Part shown: positions 32,423-49,048 of the stretch, in pieces
Layout: each line of letters starts with the position of its first letter
How positions within the stretch are numbered: the first letter of the stretch is position 1
Assembly (NCBI GenBank): GCA_951406725.2
Contig: OX597821.1
Coordinates: 16,554,001-16,618,000 of the forward strand
Length of the DNA stretch: 64,000 bases
Reading direction: 5' to 3'
Source: Octopus vulgaris
Taxonomy: Eukaryota
Position numbers and translations under genes: made by a program
The notes under the pieces: generated by a model
Seen by the model: only the letters and a program-made list of their open reading frames with translations
Told to the model about the DNA's origin: nothing
Database searches by the model: none

Positions 32423-33961
32423 AGATTACTGTGTCCCATAATCTAATATTCATTTAGAAATTTGCAATATTTTTTTATGTAAACCAATGTTATGTAGTGC
32501 TTTATTGTCTTTGCATTGCCATACTCTTAACGTATTAGCGTGGACGAAAGTAAATTTTTCATTGTGAATTCAATATAATATTTCATCGTATTCATTAATT
32601 ATCCCGCACTAGAGTCACTAAGACACAAATACGCACACACACACATACGCATACACATACAAACAAACACAGGCACATATAAATGCGCAAAATGTACTGC
32701 TCTCTGTATGTGTGTAATATATGTTGGTGTCAATGTGTATTCATGTATTTTCATTGAAGCATTATAAGTGCATGGCAGCCAATTTATGCAGCAGACAGCG
32801 AAACTGTTATTCGTGGTCATGTTGCCATCGAAAAACTAAACTTTCATGCAAAAATGCTTACATGTTTAGTTGATGTATTCATGTTATTCATAATACCTGC
32901 TTGGAAGGAGTTTTAACAATATAACCCGTCTGAACAAGCTGCTGTATTGTTTAAGATTTTAAATAATGCCCAGTTTTACTTGTCTCTATGGCGATATATT
33001 AAACAATCAAATGAATTTATAATGAAATCTATATAAGGGATCCGTTATTTGTTATATTTGAGAGCAGAACATGTAGCCAAGGCGAACATTCGTTTAATAA
33101 TTTCATTCACCGAATGTAGACGGAAGATATATGTGGAATAAATTTCACGAGGAATGACAAGGGTTACAAAGACGTAACAGAGAAAAATATGTTAGTCTTA
33201 ATAGATATTTAAATAGTCTAAAAAGAATGATATGAGTGTCGATAATTCTAGTGAATTAATATTGTTTATATGTAATTATAAAATCCACACATTTACTGAC
33301 AATTTTTGTGAACATGTATCATATTTTGTGAAAATATGATACGAAATGACAACGGGATAGTGTACTCCAATAGACAGGAATATATGTTGACAAATAATGT
33401 ACAAAACAATGTTATTTTGACAAGAGTATATCTCAGTATACGCGTGCCTCTGGGTATATGTTTGTGTTCGTGTGTGTGATGTGTCTAAGGTTTTAGTCCT
33501 ATTTATACGTGGTCTAATGGCAGGACATAGGCTCTCTCGCTCGTTCGTTTTCATTGCGTGTATTCAATGTGGGTTTTGAAGATATGAGACTTAGTATTGT
33601 ATTTATGCCATTAACTGTATTTCTGAATATGTCTACATGCTACGCTTAAGAATTCCATAACCGTTGTGTTACTAACGTCAGTCTAAACAAAAATGAAGCA
33701 TCGAATGATTATTTACTTAGATTATTTCTTATTTAAGAAAGAAGCAAATAAAGTCTGTTATGAAAATTTCCTTGTTTCGTATATATTTCACATACAAGAA
33801 TGATATTTCTATATACTACAGCCATTATGGAAGCCATTTTAGTAGAAAGCGTGAACAATAAAACACATACGCACATTCATATTCATACATATATATTTGT
33901 GCCCCTCTGTGTGTATGCATATACATACATACATACATACATACATACATACATACATACA

Positions 33962-34042
<81 letters not shown>

Positions 34043-36449
34043 GCATCTTATAGACATTACGAAAGCGTGAGATATGGATTATGATATTGATTGAGATAAT
34101 GAGAACGTTTTCGATGAATAATATAAAAAAAAACAAGTAATGCTAGTACATCTAAGATCTACTGTCAATTTTACTTTGTTAAGGATCTTGCAGCTGAGAC
34201 ACATTTCTAATGAGTATTGCACAAAATTACAAATATTAAGAGATTGCGCCGGATCACCAATCAGTTGAGCAAAGCTCAAATTCTCCATTTGGTTAGAAGT
34301 TTCATAATAGGATACTGAAAAATTATGCGCATCTCTCATTCTCATAGTCTATACCTCTAATTTTCTCTCTAATGCACTATCTCTGTCCGTCTATCTGTTT
34401 CCCAGTCTCACTTTTTCATTGTCTCTCTTTCTCTCTATACATACATACATGCATATATATATATATATAATCATAGACAGATAGTTAAACAGACAGATAG
34501 ATAGATATGCAGAGAAGGAAAGATGTAGATTGTTTGACTGATTAAGAGAGGAAAGGCGTTTGGAAAAGTGGAACAAATTCTGCAACAAAAACAAACCCAA
34601 GACAATTTGTAAGACTAATTAGATGGAACGAGGAGGGTTACTAATTGGGTTGTTTATAATAACCTTCAACTATATCGACATTATGTATATAACTGAAAGC
34701 AGTTGAACGTAAGTTTTTAATGAGCCATTTCGTATGGAACATCTGGCACGATGAAATTTCAACAATGTTTCCATTCCTACTTGGAGTTGTTTTACATCCC
34801 CTGTATTATTAATGATATCGTGTTAGGGCTGCAAATGAAAGCTCCGTACGAAAGCAATCAGCTAGGCTAATTACTCTTCAAAATTACTCGTAGAAATATG
34901 TTTATAAGAAAGTCAAATAATATGGTATTTGGATCTATGTTTCGGAATTGAAAAATATCTATTGATCCATCAGCGAGTGTGTGTGTGAGTTGATGTGAAT
35001 CTGAGTCAATGAATGAGCGCGTGTGTCTATTTTTGAGTATGTTTGCGAGTGTTTGTGTGTGCATGTGTGTATATGTGTACAGTTTATACAAGTATGGTCT
35101 TAGATACAAAACGAGGACACAGTTTCCAGTGCCTCATGGCGTACTTGCATATGTCATACATATAATATATTTGTGTGTGTGTGTATGTGTGTGTGTGTGC
35201 TTGTGTGATGTGTGTGTGTATTTATAAAGAGTGTTCGGAAGAGAGAGAGAGAGAAAGAGGAACAGATAGATAGATTGATAGATAGACAGATAGACAGACA
35301 GGCGAACACACACATGCACACACACACACACACACACGCAAACAGCACTCCCACATGCACACACACACATATATTTATACACATATTAAGCAGCTTTCAT
35401 TTTGTCACGAAGCTATTTGTTTCAATGCTTTTCTGTAGCGCCTGAAATTCATTTTCAACTGCATTCAACCATTATAGTATATTGAGTATTATTATGTTCA
35501 ATCTGTACGGAAGAGAGAAAAAAACCCATGACGTGTGAGTGTGTGCGTGTGTGCGTATGTGTGTGTGTGTGTGTGTGCGTGCCTGTGTGTGAGTATGTGT
35601 GCGAGCGTATGTGTGTGCGTGTATGCATGTATGTATGTATTATGTATGTATATGCGAGTGTACTCGTAAGAAAATGCTTCTGATAAAATTTGATCGGTTA
35701 CGAATCTAAAACTTGCAATGACAACAGCTAATGAAAATTATCATGCTTTTATCTTTTATTCACCTTCGAAAAATTTCCAATTTATTATAGAGAAGTATTT
35801 CAGAGCAATGAGAAATTGAAACATTTAGACGCTTTACAATACACACGTTCTCACACTGTCAAACAAATACACACGCACAAATATATACACAAAGGCAGCT
35901 TTCTACGTTTCACATAAAATGGAGCCCATTCGAATCTAACAAAGATTCTCTACGCAGTCCTTTAAGAAGACTTTAAAGGTAATAGACTAATCGGTCAGGA
36001 ATAAAATAGTCCTCATCTAAATAAATAATGGACATCATAATTGGGTACTAAACAGGAAGCAAATACAAGATAGAAATATGAGTAAAGAAAGCAGTGTGAA
36101 CTGCGAATACATTTTGCCATAAAACTCCTCGATTAAGGCTGAGATAAGGGTAAGAAATTAGAGCTGTAGCTTATAGCCACATAGCTTCGAGGACTAAGAT
36201 ATACTTGCTGTAATGGTGGAAAGAGTATGAGAATACCAATGAGAGCACATGTATTTGTAAAACAAACTTTTTCGCCCAAGAAGTCAACACAAGCAAGTGC
36301 ACAGTTAACGTTTATCAAAGCCTTGGACATAATAACAGATATATTTCTGTGTATCGCATTGCAATACAAATATATACATAGATGCAGAAATACAATGAGC
36401 AACAAACATACCTGCATATATGTATTTCTATATATGAATCGATAGTAGA

Positions 36450-36894
<445 letters not shown>

Positions 36895-37368
36895 GGAAAA
36901 GTTTTTCCCGCAACACATCAAATACTGCTATAAAGAACAGCATGAAAATATTGGCTTGAATGACCCATTTAGATAGAAAATATTGAATGCTGCCCATGGT
37001 TCTCGAACTCTGATCTCCCACAGATAAAACATTTTATACTATTCTTTACTAATGATTTTCATATACTTCGAGAACCATAACCCCAGAAGGAATGTACTAC
37101 AGATATATATACATTTAGGTTTGGCGCTATAAACAGGGAGAAAGCTAAATAAGACGCAAAAGTAGGACACATCTCATTTTAATCAGATGTTAAGACTCAT
37201 CTTAAGAGACTCACGGTATGACAATCATTTCTGTAGCCTTACAAATATCTATCTTTCTCCGCGTATGCAGATACATATGCATAGGTAAATATGTAAATAC
37301 ATATGTGTGAGTGTGTGTGTGTGTGTGTAATGTATATATATATATATATATATACACATGTATGTATG

Positions 37369-37403
<35 letters not shown>

Positions 37404-37415
37404 CATGTATGTATG

Positions 37416-37458
<43 letters not shown>

Positions 37459-38620
37459 GTATGTATGTATATATATATATATATATGTATACATGTATGT
37501 ATGTGTGTATATGTATATATATATGGTAACCTATATATAATTTATCAACGGTGTAGATGGCATTTACCATTGCATCAATGTTTCGCAATAATACCTTAAG
37601 TATGGGACAAATAGGTCGTAAGAAAACAGCATTAAATGCGTGTAAAGTTCTTAGACTACGATAAAGAATGCCATAGATAAGCTCTGGTGCAATTTGAATT
37701 TTCATATATACATATTCTCTTGGCGCTAATGAAACTTAGAAGCATAGGGGAAATATACTATCTATAATTTAGAAATACCAGTATATAAATATATACATAC
37801 ATGTGTGCGGTATATTAATTCTTTTATTAATTTCATTCATTGTAATCTTATAAACCTCAAGAGTTTATAATAAAAATATGATGGTGGAAATATGAAGTTT
37901 GTAGCTAGCTATATTCTATCTTGAAAAGAAATCGATCCGCGCTAATATATGTATCAAATACATTTTTGAACGGAAAGTTTCTATTCTATATCTAATGCTT
38001 TGGCAAGGATTTCGTAACGTAACGTTGGAATTTGAGAGAAATACTCATTTTGTATGTCGGTGCTGTCCCAGTATAGATAAAAGCATAACGGTATATCGAT
38101 ATATCCATCTATTTATTTGTCTCTGTAACTATTTATCTGTCAGTCTCCCCCACTCTCTCTCTCCTTCCCTATGTCTATATATATATATATATATATACCT
38201 ATCTATCTATATCTATCTATCTCTATATATATGTGTGTGTCGGTATGTGGGTGTGTATGTGTGTATTTATACATCTATTTACCTGTCTATCTATCTAAAT
38301 ATATACACACACGCGCAGACGCACACTCATACGCACACATACAGACAGGTCCACATGCTTTTATGTATAGGAACGTGCATATAGACATATATTTACAAAT
38401 ATATTAATATGTGAAATATACAAAAAGCGATAAATAAAGAGAGTAGAAAAACCATGAAATATTAATGGTGAGGACTTTGCGTATGGGACATATGGCCTGT
38501 ATATATGCTAATCAGAAATATTCATGCACAAAATTACCTGCGCTTATAATACACACACACACACACACATACACACACACACACACACATACTTAGCGTG
38601 TGTGTACATATATACATATC

Positions 38621-38656
<36 letters not shown>

Positions 38657-38893
38657 GAATGATAGAAAAAATTCACTGGCATAGATGCTTGCGTGTATCG
38701 ATATATTTTTCTGGATACACATACATACAAACAGGCACAGACCCACACAGATACGTATATATACACACTTATGTCTACATATATGTGTGTATGCATGCAT
38801 ACATAAATACCCACAAGTATACATATATATATATGTATATATGTATATCACACACATATGCACACACACACATACACACACACACATACACAC

Positions 38894-38936
<43 letters not shown>

Positions 38937-39317
38937 TACATATACGTACATGTACCCACATACACCCACAGATACACTTACACACTCATAGACGCTCATA
39001 CGCGTTACAAGTAATGTGTATTTGTATATAAAAGTATCAAGGTGTGTGCGGAACTGTTTGCGTGACAGAGACACAATAAGCCTGTATTTGTTACTTCGAA
39101 CATATAGATATGTGTACTTTTCTAAATATATGGTACAGTCCTATAAGTAACTCTTGCCATAGCAAAGTCTCTTACATTGTTATGACAGCGCTTATTAAAC
39201 CTGGTGTCCTGTCTAATTAGAAGTGTCGTGTTAGAAGTTTATTTCAAAACACATTTTTCATCAAATACATCGTTTATACACAAGTATATATGTATGTATG
39301 TATAAATATATATACCT

Positions 39318-39407
<90 letters not shown>

Positions 39408-39531
39408 ACAGTTAGGTGCAATATCTCATAAAGTGCTTCTATTTATTATTTTTACCACTATACAATATAAAGAGGTTTCCTCATTTAGCTTTGTAAAGAG
39501 AGACACACGAACACCCGCGAACAGTAGAGAC

Positions 39532-39582
<51 letters not shown>

Positions 39583-39690
39583 TGTGTGTGTAAATGTATT
39601 TTTATATAAATATATATAAAATATGAGTATTTATAAAAATACACATATACAAATATGTATATGTTTATATATACATATATTCATACATAC

Positions 39691-39752
<62 letters not shown>

Positions 39753-40327
39753 ATATATTCATGGCCTACTGCATATATACATATCTGTATATATTATACA
39801 TAATATAATTGCATGTATCTATTCTGCGTTTGCATGCCTGCGTGTATAAATAAATATTTTATGTCTGTGTGTGCGTGTGTAAATATACAGAAGTACATGT
39901 AAAGAGATATATAGAGACATATATATATAGGAAGATAGATAGATCGATTGTCAGACAGACGGACAGACAGATAGACAGATAGTTTGAAAGATCGGGATGA
40001 TGAGAGAAAAAGAAAGATAGAGAGAAACGGAGAGACATATTCAATTGTTCGGTGTTTTATATCCCAATTACATCTCATCAAACTCCAAGTCTTTATGTTT
40101 TTCTATTGTCATTTTCATGCACACATTCTTTGTTTTTATATGTAGAGAGTTATGCCAGCGCATGTGACAATCACAGGATGAAATGACATCTGACATATGG
40201 TCGTGTTATTGGATGCTGTCGGTTGTATAATTAACGTGTAGCTTCTTGTATGCTTATATCGGAGATCATTGTGCGTGACCACGTACGCTTATGTGGAGTC
40301 CAGGTATGAATGTGCTTCGTGGCGTTG

Positions 40328-40376
<49 letters not shown>

Positions 40377-40618
40377 TATACATATATATATATATATATA
40401 CATACATATATATACATATATATATATATACACACACATGTATGTATATATATATATATATGTGTGTGTGTAGTATTATGTAGGTATGTATGCGAGTATT
40501 ATGTGTGTATGTGTGTGTATGTAATATACACATAAAAGTAAATACTTATATATACTTAAATTTAGTCACACTCACATATATATTGATGAATGCATATAGG
40601 TCCGTGTATGTAAGGATT

Positions 40619-40678
<60 letters not shown>

Positions 40679-41324
40679 CATATATATATATATATATGCA
40701 TATATATCTATACACTAACACATATATGCATGCATACACAAGTACATGCATAAATACATACATACACACATACATACATACATACATACATACATACATA
40801 CATACATACATACACTACATACATAAAACTTATAAACATAGCATAGAGACCCAGAATATGAGACTTTCCTACCTTTTTGTTTAAGTTGAATACATTTGAA
40901 TGTTTGCCTTACAGCACCCTTCGTAATTCCAGGTTTGACGAAATATGTGTGTGCATCCAGAGAGGAATATATCGTCGCTTTGTAATTTTTTTTTTATTGT
41001 TGTTGTTGCTGTTGTTCTTTTCTTGTTGCTTGTTTTGTCTTTGTGGGTTTTTTTTTTACTTTAATATCTTTGAATTGTGTAGACAAACTGAAACACCTAT
41101 GTTTCTCTTAAACTTTAGGCTGGGAAGATTTGATATTATTTTTATCCCTCAGTTGCTATTTTTCTATAATTCTTTTTTGCAGTATTTAATATCACTTCTT
41201 TTTGTTTGTTTTTTCAATTCTTTTTCTGTCAAGATGTTTCCGTCAAAATATTTTCTTTTCTTTCCACTTTATTAACTCTCAAAATGTCCCAATTTCTATA
41301 TTCGTAACAACAAATATGCATACA

Positions 41325-41392
<68 letters not shown>

Positions 41393-41773
41393 GTATATAT
41401 ATATGTATATATATTCTCAGCCTAAAAACCAACTATGCGGTAATCGTTCGAGTCCTTTTAACGTGTGTTCGCTCATTCTTCACTGTACGTCCGAGCGTTA
41501 GAAAGTTTCATAGCAATACTTCTTCATCGATTAATTCTCTCACATAAATTTGCATTTATACGCATTAAACTAATGCTACATGCACATATATGTCTGTATA
41601 TATATATAGAAAGAGAGAGATACTTTTATACATATATCAACTCTGTCCAGAGTCAATTGTTTATATGTAACAGGCCTGTGCCGTACAGAAACTCGGTCAT
41701 GCTTACCTGTTGCCTGTTCAGCTTTCTTTTGGCTCTCTATCTTTTGTGGGTAAATATATATATATATATATAC

Positions 41774-41812
<39 letters not shown>

Positions 41813-42766
41813 TATATATATATTCAGTTAATCTATCTACACGCGGAAATATAGAAATAAATCTATGCACTAAATATATTTATATTAAATATACTCATTA
41901 GCATTATTTAAATTTATCCAAAATAGATCTTATTTTAGTAATTAATTTTTCTTTCTCATGTTACATGTAATAATAATATTTATATAACTTCTTTTAATTA
42001 CTTTGTCTGTCTTATCGTTTTATTTTGTTGTTAGTGTTGTTGTCGCTTGATTTAAGGGAAACATAAAGTAATGTTTCTTAATTTCCTCATTGTGTTTCGG
42101 CCGAGCACCGGCGGACAGGCCGTAAAAACAGACGTACAGACATACGGACAGACAGGTTCGTTTTAAACGTGTGCGGTAGAAGTGAAAGTAAATGTATTCC
42201 CAGTGCAGTGTGTATGCACTGACTGCTGGCTTCTATCGGCTTCTCTACAAGATGTCGACGACGACAACAACAACAATATCAACGCCACCGACGCCTTTAA
42301 CCGAAGCAGTAACAATAACAACAGCGCCATCAGCAGAAGCAGCAGCAACAACAGCAGCAGCAGCAAAAGCAGCAGTAAAAACAACAGTGGTAGCAGTAGC
42401 AGCAGCAACTACATAAGCAGAATAGGGCAGCAGTTGCAGCTTCAGATGCAGCAGCAACAGTTTTCAGTTGTTGCCACTGCACCGCCGCCACCACCACCAC
42501 CACCACTATCATCACCACAATTTTTGGAGTGGTGGCACTGGTGGTGTTGTGGTTATTGGTCGTTGTGGTGCTGGCGGGGAGGGTGTTTGGCCGGTGATTT
42601 TAGTTGTTGTTATCGGTAGTGATGGCGGTGGTGAGGTTGGTAGTGGTAATGGTGATGGCGCTGGTAGTGGTTATGTTAGGGGGGGCAGAGATATTGATGC
42701 TGGCTATGTGGGGGGCTGCCAGTATTATAGTGATGGCGTTTTGGAGAGGTTGAATTGAGGTGGTCT

Positions 42767-42768
42767 GG

Positions 42769-42802
<34 letters not shown>

Positions 42803-42831
42803 GGTGGTGGTGGTGGTGGTGGAGGTGGTGG

Positions 42832-42880
<49 letters not shown>

Positions 42881-42902
42881 GGTGGTGGTGGTGGTGGTTA
42901 AG

Positions 42903-42943
<41 letters not shown>

Positions 42944-42966
42944 TGTGATGGTGATGGTGGTGGGGA

Positions 42967-42998
<32 letters not shown>

Positions 42999-43050
42999 TA
43001 TATATGATGATGATGGCGACGCGACGATGACGACGACGACTATGATGATG
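42767..43050. repeat. Alternating (GAT)n/(GGT)n trinucleotide blocks
   Basis: Direct inspection. Confidence 0.95.
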
Positions 43051-43503
43051 CTGACTGGTTGTGATGTCGGTGTTGATAGTGGTCATGGCCGTCCGTTGTG
43101 GTGGCGATGGAAGTGTTATTTTTGCGAGGGTAAAGGAGGCATCGTTAGCGACCGTGAATGTTTATCACCACAAGGTGATCATGATGATGATGATGATGTC
43201 AGTGGTTGTGATGTCGGTGTCGATAGTGGTGATGCTAACTGTGATGGTACACTGGCGGTTGTTGTGACGCCGGTGTTTCTACATATTACTGACAGAGTTG
43301 TTGTCGTTGATGGTGATTTCTTTTGTAAAAATGTCGATGTCGGTGTTAAGTGAAAACGACATGTAGCTGATAGTGATGATGTTGGTGATAGTGGTTCCAG
43401 TTATGATGCTGGTTGTTAAGCTTTTTACTGATGGAACGGTGATTGTACTCTATGCGCGGTAGTTGTGAGGTTTAAGCTAGTGGAACATTTATTAGAAATT
43501 GTT

Positions 43504-43669
43504 AGGCGCAGGAGTGGCTGTGTGGTAAGTAGCTTGCTAACCAACCACATGGTTCCGGGTTCAGTCCTACTGCGTGGCATCTTGGGCAAGTGCCTGCTGC
43601 TATAGCCCCGGGCCGACCAATGCCTTGTGAGTGGATTTGATAGACGGAAACTAAAAGAAGCCTGTCGTA

Positions 43670-43736
<67 letters not shown>

Positions 43737-43950
43737 TTGTGTGTCTGTGTCTGTCTCCCTAGCATTGCTTGACAACCGATGCTGGTGTGTTTACGTCCCC
43801 GTAACCTAGCGGTTCAGCAAAAAAGACCGATAGAATAAGTACTGGGCTAACAAAGAATAAGTCCCGGGGTCGATTTGCTCGACTAAAAGGCGGTGCTCCA
43901 GCATGGCCGCAGTCAAATGACTGAAACAAGTAAAAGAGTAAGAGTAAAGA
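43504..43950 (+). mobile_element. SINE family A, full length
   Basis: ggcgcaggagtggctgtgtggtaag head through ..gactgaaacaagtaaaagagtaagag tail. Confidence 0.93.
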
Positions 43951-44805
43951 GTTATGTTGGTGGTGGAGGTGGAGGTGGTGCTGGTACTGTTTCTGTTAGG
44001 TTCGTCGTGGAGTGGGTGGTGATTTTGGTTCGTCAGGTTTATGTTGGTTGAACAGGTTTCCATATCATACTAGTGATATCGTTTGAAATGAAGCGTGGAC
44101 GGGAAATTACATGTTATATGATATAAAGAGGCGGAGATAAGAACTGATATAAGAACTGGAGGTAGAAAAGTGTTTGATGGCTAAGATTACTGTTATATTA
44201 ATACTGTAGATTGTGGTGGAGTGATTATGGGAAATACAATAACGATAACATTTAGGGTAGGGTGATGCAATTATGGTGATCTGGCTGTTCGTATGGTATC
44301 TGGTGTTTTAATGGTGGTTTCTCCTTCGCGGCTTCATGTTGTATCACTATTACCAAGCAAAATGTTTGTCTCTTTATGTTTCATGTTCAAATATTTCTGA
44401 AGTCAATTATGTAATTCATGTTCACGGGCTCAAGAAAACTGATTAGACTAAATCTAATCCTTTCGCCCAAACTTTTTCATTGAGGTTTAGTAGAAAGAAG
44501 AAAAAAAAACTGTTTACACTGACATGTTTACCACCACGACCAACAACAACAAAAAGGAAAAGATCTCCAACAATAAAACAAACGTAGAAACAACATCTAA
44601 AACGTCGCTTCTTCACGTGCAAGAAATAGCAACAAAATCGCCCTCATATCTTAACATTTAACAATTGGGATTGTGTAAGTCGAAGTATTATATACCTAAA
44701 CCATGTTTAACATAAAGATGGAATGATCATGGCTGGAATGTCTTTGGTCTTAGGCGTAATTAATCAATGCTTTCGAGGTAAAAAATAAACAAGAACTACT
44801 ACTAG

Positions 44806-44886
<81 letters not shown>

Positions 44887-45534
44887 GCTACTACTACTGC
44901 TGCTACTACTACTACTACTACAACGACGAAGTGAGCAGCACCATTATCCTTAACAGCATGAAGAACTCCGAAAACATCAATAATGCAACACATGCCCAAT
45001 AACACAAATATTACATACACATTGCAACATACATCAACAACACCGTCATTGTCATTTAAAAAATATCAACAAAAAAAATTACCGTCTTCTTTATCCTTGC
45101 GTCACCTTCTTTTACTCCCTCCTCAACATCAATACCTTAATCGTTATTATAATCAGAACAGGAAACCTGGTCTTATGGAAAAGCATAGCGTTGCTGAAAT
45201 CTTTCCTGTAAAGTGAAATTCCGTTACACGATAATTATTTTCCCGTGGATTTCAGGCGTCTTAAATGATAGTAAATATCTCGAACATCTGCGATAAGTTT
45301 TTTTTAGACATAGAGTCATCGCCATCCGCACTTCACAATTGTATCAACCCTGAGAAGTGCAAACACACATAAAGTTTGCCATTGTAATCTGCTATTGTGT
45401 GCCAGCCGCGGTGGTAAAGCGAATGGCGTGATCGATCTCACAATGGAAAAATACTACTACCAATACTCTGATTGACAATGTGACATTGTGAAAATGGGAC
45501 GTTCGGGGTAGCGTTACAGTGAGGTGATATTTTG

Positions 45535-45927
45535 TCTTTTTATTCTTTTACTTGTTTCAGTCATTTGACTTCGGCCATGCTGGAGCACCGCCTTTAGTCA
45601 AATCAAATCGACCCCAGGACTTATTTTTGTAAGACTAGTACTTATTCTATCGGTGTATGACGAACCGCTAAGTTACGGGGACCTAAACACACCAGCATCG
45701 GTTGTCAAGCAATATTGGGGAGAAAAATACAGATACTCAACATATACACACACACATATATATATACGTCGGGCTTCTTTCAGTTTCCGTCTACCAAATC
45801 CACTCACAAGCCTTTGGTCAACCCGAGGCTATAGTAGAAGGCACTTGCCCAAGATGCTACGCAGTGCGACTGAACCCGGAACCATGTGGTTGGTAAGCAA
45901 GTTACTTACCACACAGCCACACCTGCA
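45535..45927 (-). mobile_element. SINE family A
   Basis: Reverse complement of 43504-43950, more diverged. Confidence 0.9.
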
Positions 45928-46364
45928 CCTAGCTACTTGCCACACAGCCTATATCAGTAAAAAAATGTGATATTGCGGAAGACTAGTGAAATCACAGTTC
46001 GGTTGACCGTATAGTAATTCCAAGTTGTGGCAATATGAAATTGAGAGCGGAAATGTGAAAGTGTAAGAACATAATTGTATTACATTGAGCCATTATGGAA
46101 TGAAACAGGGTGGCAATGAGATAATGTTGAAATGTGTTAATGTGGCAATGGAACAATGTGGCAACGCAGCAAGCTGGAAATGTATTGGTGAAGCAATGAC
46201 AGTTTGGAATTGTGATGACTGTTTGGAAGATCAATGTAGGATTCAATACCTTATACAAAATATTAACCATCTTTTATCTTCTACCTGTTTCAGTCTTTGG
46301 TCTGCAGCCAGGCTGGAACATTGCTTTGAACGATTTAGTAAAAACACATCGAACTCAGTACTTA

Positions 46365-46516
46365 TGATAGATCGCTAGCCACTACACATATATTTCTCTC
46401 CTTGTTTCTTTCTGTGCTCCTTTCTGTGGAAGAGCGTAGGCTCGAAACGTTAAATACTTTTTCAATTCCCGAGCGTTATACTAATACATCTGCTTGTTTT
46501 CTACACCACATCTTCT
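46365..46516 (+). mobile_element. Short element with hammerhead-like motif (46421-46454)
   Basis: ttt CTGTGGA a gagc gtag gctc GAA acgt t aaa; related to 19495-19675. Confidence 0.65.
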
Positions 46517-47922
46517 GGATTGTCCTCTCAGTCGTGATGGTCGCATTATTTTCCGAGGTCTATCATGGTTGTTTTCTGATGTTGCTCATAAGATAAGTGT
46601 AGGGGTAATGGTGAGCAAAATGTGCGTTAGAGATAAAAGAGAAGATAAGCAATAACATATAATACAATCAGGCTGACGGTGATGGCGATGATGATGGTGA
46701 TTACGATGATGCTGATGATGATGATGACAAATATCGACGAGAAAGAAGAATATGATGAGGGTGACGACAACGGCAATGCTGAGGAACGGGATGATGATGC
46801 AGTGAAGGACAACGATAAGAATGATGATGTTAACGACAAAGATGACAACTCCGAGGAAGAGGATGATAATAGCGACGTCATTGCGACTATGATGATGATG
46901 ATGATGATGATGACACTGATAAAAACGATGCGGAAGAGGATGATGATGAATATGACGACGACGATGATGATGACGAATATAACGATGATGATGATTATAC
47001 GAACTTAATATGCTGTGAGATCAATGTGCGAAATAAAGAAAGGAAGATTTGCTGGTGTCAATCAATATATTAATTCTTTAAAAATAACAAAAAATAACGC
47101 TTTAAATTGATTTTTGCTTACGTATTTCATTATTTTTCTTTTTAATTCTGCTGTACTGTTTGAGCAACAATTCACAATGCGAAAGAAAAAAATGTAAGTA
47201 GATCAGTATGACTATGTCATTGACAATAAACAGTACATATATTTAATTATTGATGCCCGAAACAGCCTGCATCCCTCACTTTCACATGTACTCTAAGCTA
47301 CAGATATAAGTATAACAAGATTTTTTTAGATTCCACTGTGGTTTGTAACAGAATAGACTCGCAAAAATGCATACAAATATATAGAGAAATACGAGAGCGT
47401 GGCAGCGAAACCTGTTGAGGTTTATTTGTTTACCGTTGTCAAAAGTGTATTTTAACATACAAATATAGTTAAAATTTCATACAAATTATAAATCTATTAT
47501 TTCATGCACATTTCATATATATACACGTGTGTGTACGTTTGCGTGCGCATATGTGAGTGCGAGTGTGATTGAGTGATTGTAACTTGTATTTGTGCGTATG
47601 ATGTGTATATATATATATATATATATATACAATAATATGTTACGTTACACGAGAGTCAAGATGCGAGCGATGTATAAGTACGTAGGCAAGCAGAGTTATA
47701 ACACAGTAATTTCCCTTTATATAACGGTATTTTTTCATAGCGTTTTCAAATAGCCAGATAACCGAAGAGATGGTGTTGTGGATATCCACTTCGGCATCTG
47801 AAACTCAGAGTTTTATCTTGACTATCGAGTAATGTAACATATTATTGTATAGATAAATTTGCTCTATTTACATAATATTGAGGTCTCTTTATTTCTTTTG
47901 TTATCTTACCGTTTTACCAATA

Positions 47923-48030
<108 letters not shown>

Positions 48031-48047
48031 TATAGATATATATATAT

Positions 48048-48183
<136 letters not shown>

Positions 48184-48189
48184 TAATAT

Positions 48190-48238
<49 letters not shown>

Positions 48239-48374
48239 TCAATAAATGGTGGGGTTGTGTTGACCGCACGTGGAGAAATGATATAAGGAAAAATTTTTTT
48301 AAAAATGCAGAATGCTCAAATGAAATAAAATTTAATAAAATGAGAAAATGATAAAATATATAAATATATATATT

Positions 48375-48415
48375 TATTCAACCGGTTTTCGTCAATGTAT
48401 GACTTGTCAAGAATA
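48375..48415 (-). ncRNA. Minimal type I hammerhead-like motif, U3-A8 variant (mirror copy)
   Basis: Reverse complement of 51075-51115. Confidence 0.65.
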
Positions 48416-49048
48416 TTTATGTTTTAAGAAGTTTTTTGAAAATTAGAAAGGGAAAAAAGAAAATTGCAATGTTTTTTGTAAAAGAATAATGATAAAAATG
48501 TACAAAAATTAAAAAATAAGTTCTCCGATACATTGTGAGTTCGTTGTGTATCTTGAGTTTTATGGTTGTTTACCAAAAAGTTATCTTGAGGTGTTAAAAT
48601 CCAAAGGGATTAAGAGCATGTGATGTGTTGTGTTGTTGAATACAGCATGTTGCAGGACAGGAAGTAGTAGTAATTGTGGTCCTGGTTCTTCAGTTCCTGT
48701 GTTGTGAGTAAGGGGAGAAAACTCTTTTGAGTTCTTCAATAAAACCCAAATTATAAAACTATCATTTTAGCTTCATTTGCATTATCTTTTTATATATAAT
48801 TGCTTGTTAACTTAACTTTCAGATTTTAACACTTTATTTATATTATTTTCTAATAATATAAAACTGCATAGACAATTGCATTTCAAATTGTCATATCATT
48901 TATAATAAAAATGATAGTAGTAACAACAACAATAGTGAAAATGATATTTAAAGAATATAAGTTTTAGCTTGAAGTGGTGAATGCATGGTATCTTTATATA
49001 TTTGTGTTAGTCCATCCATGAAGAGTGAGGTAGAGAAAGGAAGTTTGA

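Noticed and set aside
45960-46240. Recurring aatgtg/caatg words with roughly 8-bp spacing
   Set aside because: Most simply a decayed minisatellite; no evidence for a regulatory cluster
46679-47008. Acidic, Met-rich ORF
   Set aside because: Degenerate (GAT)n repeat with no domain or splice evidence
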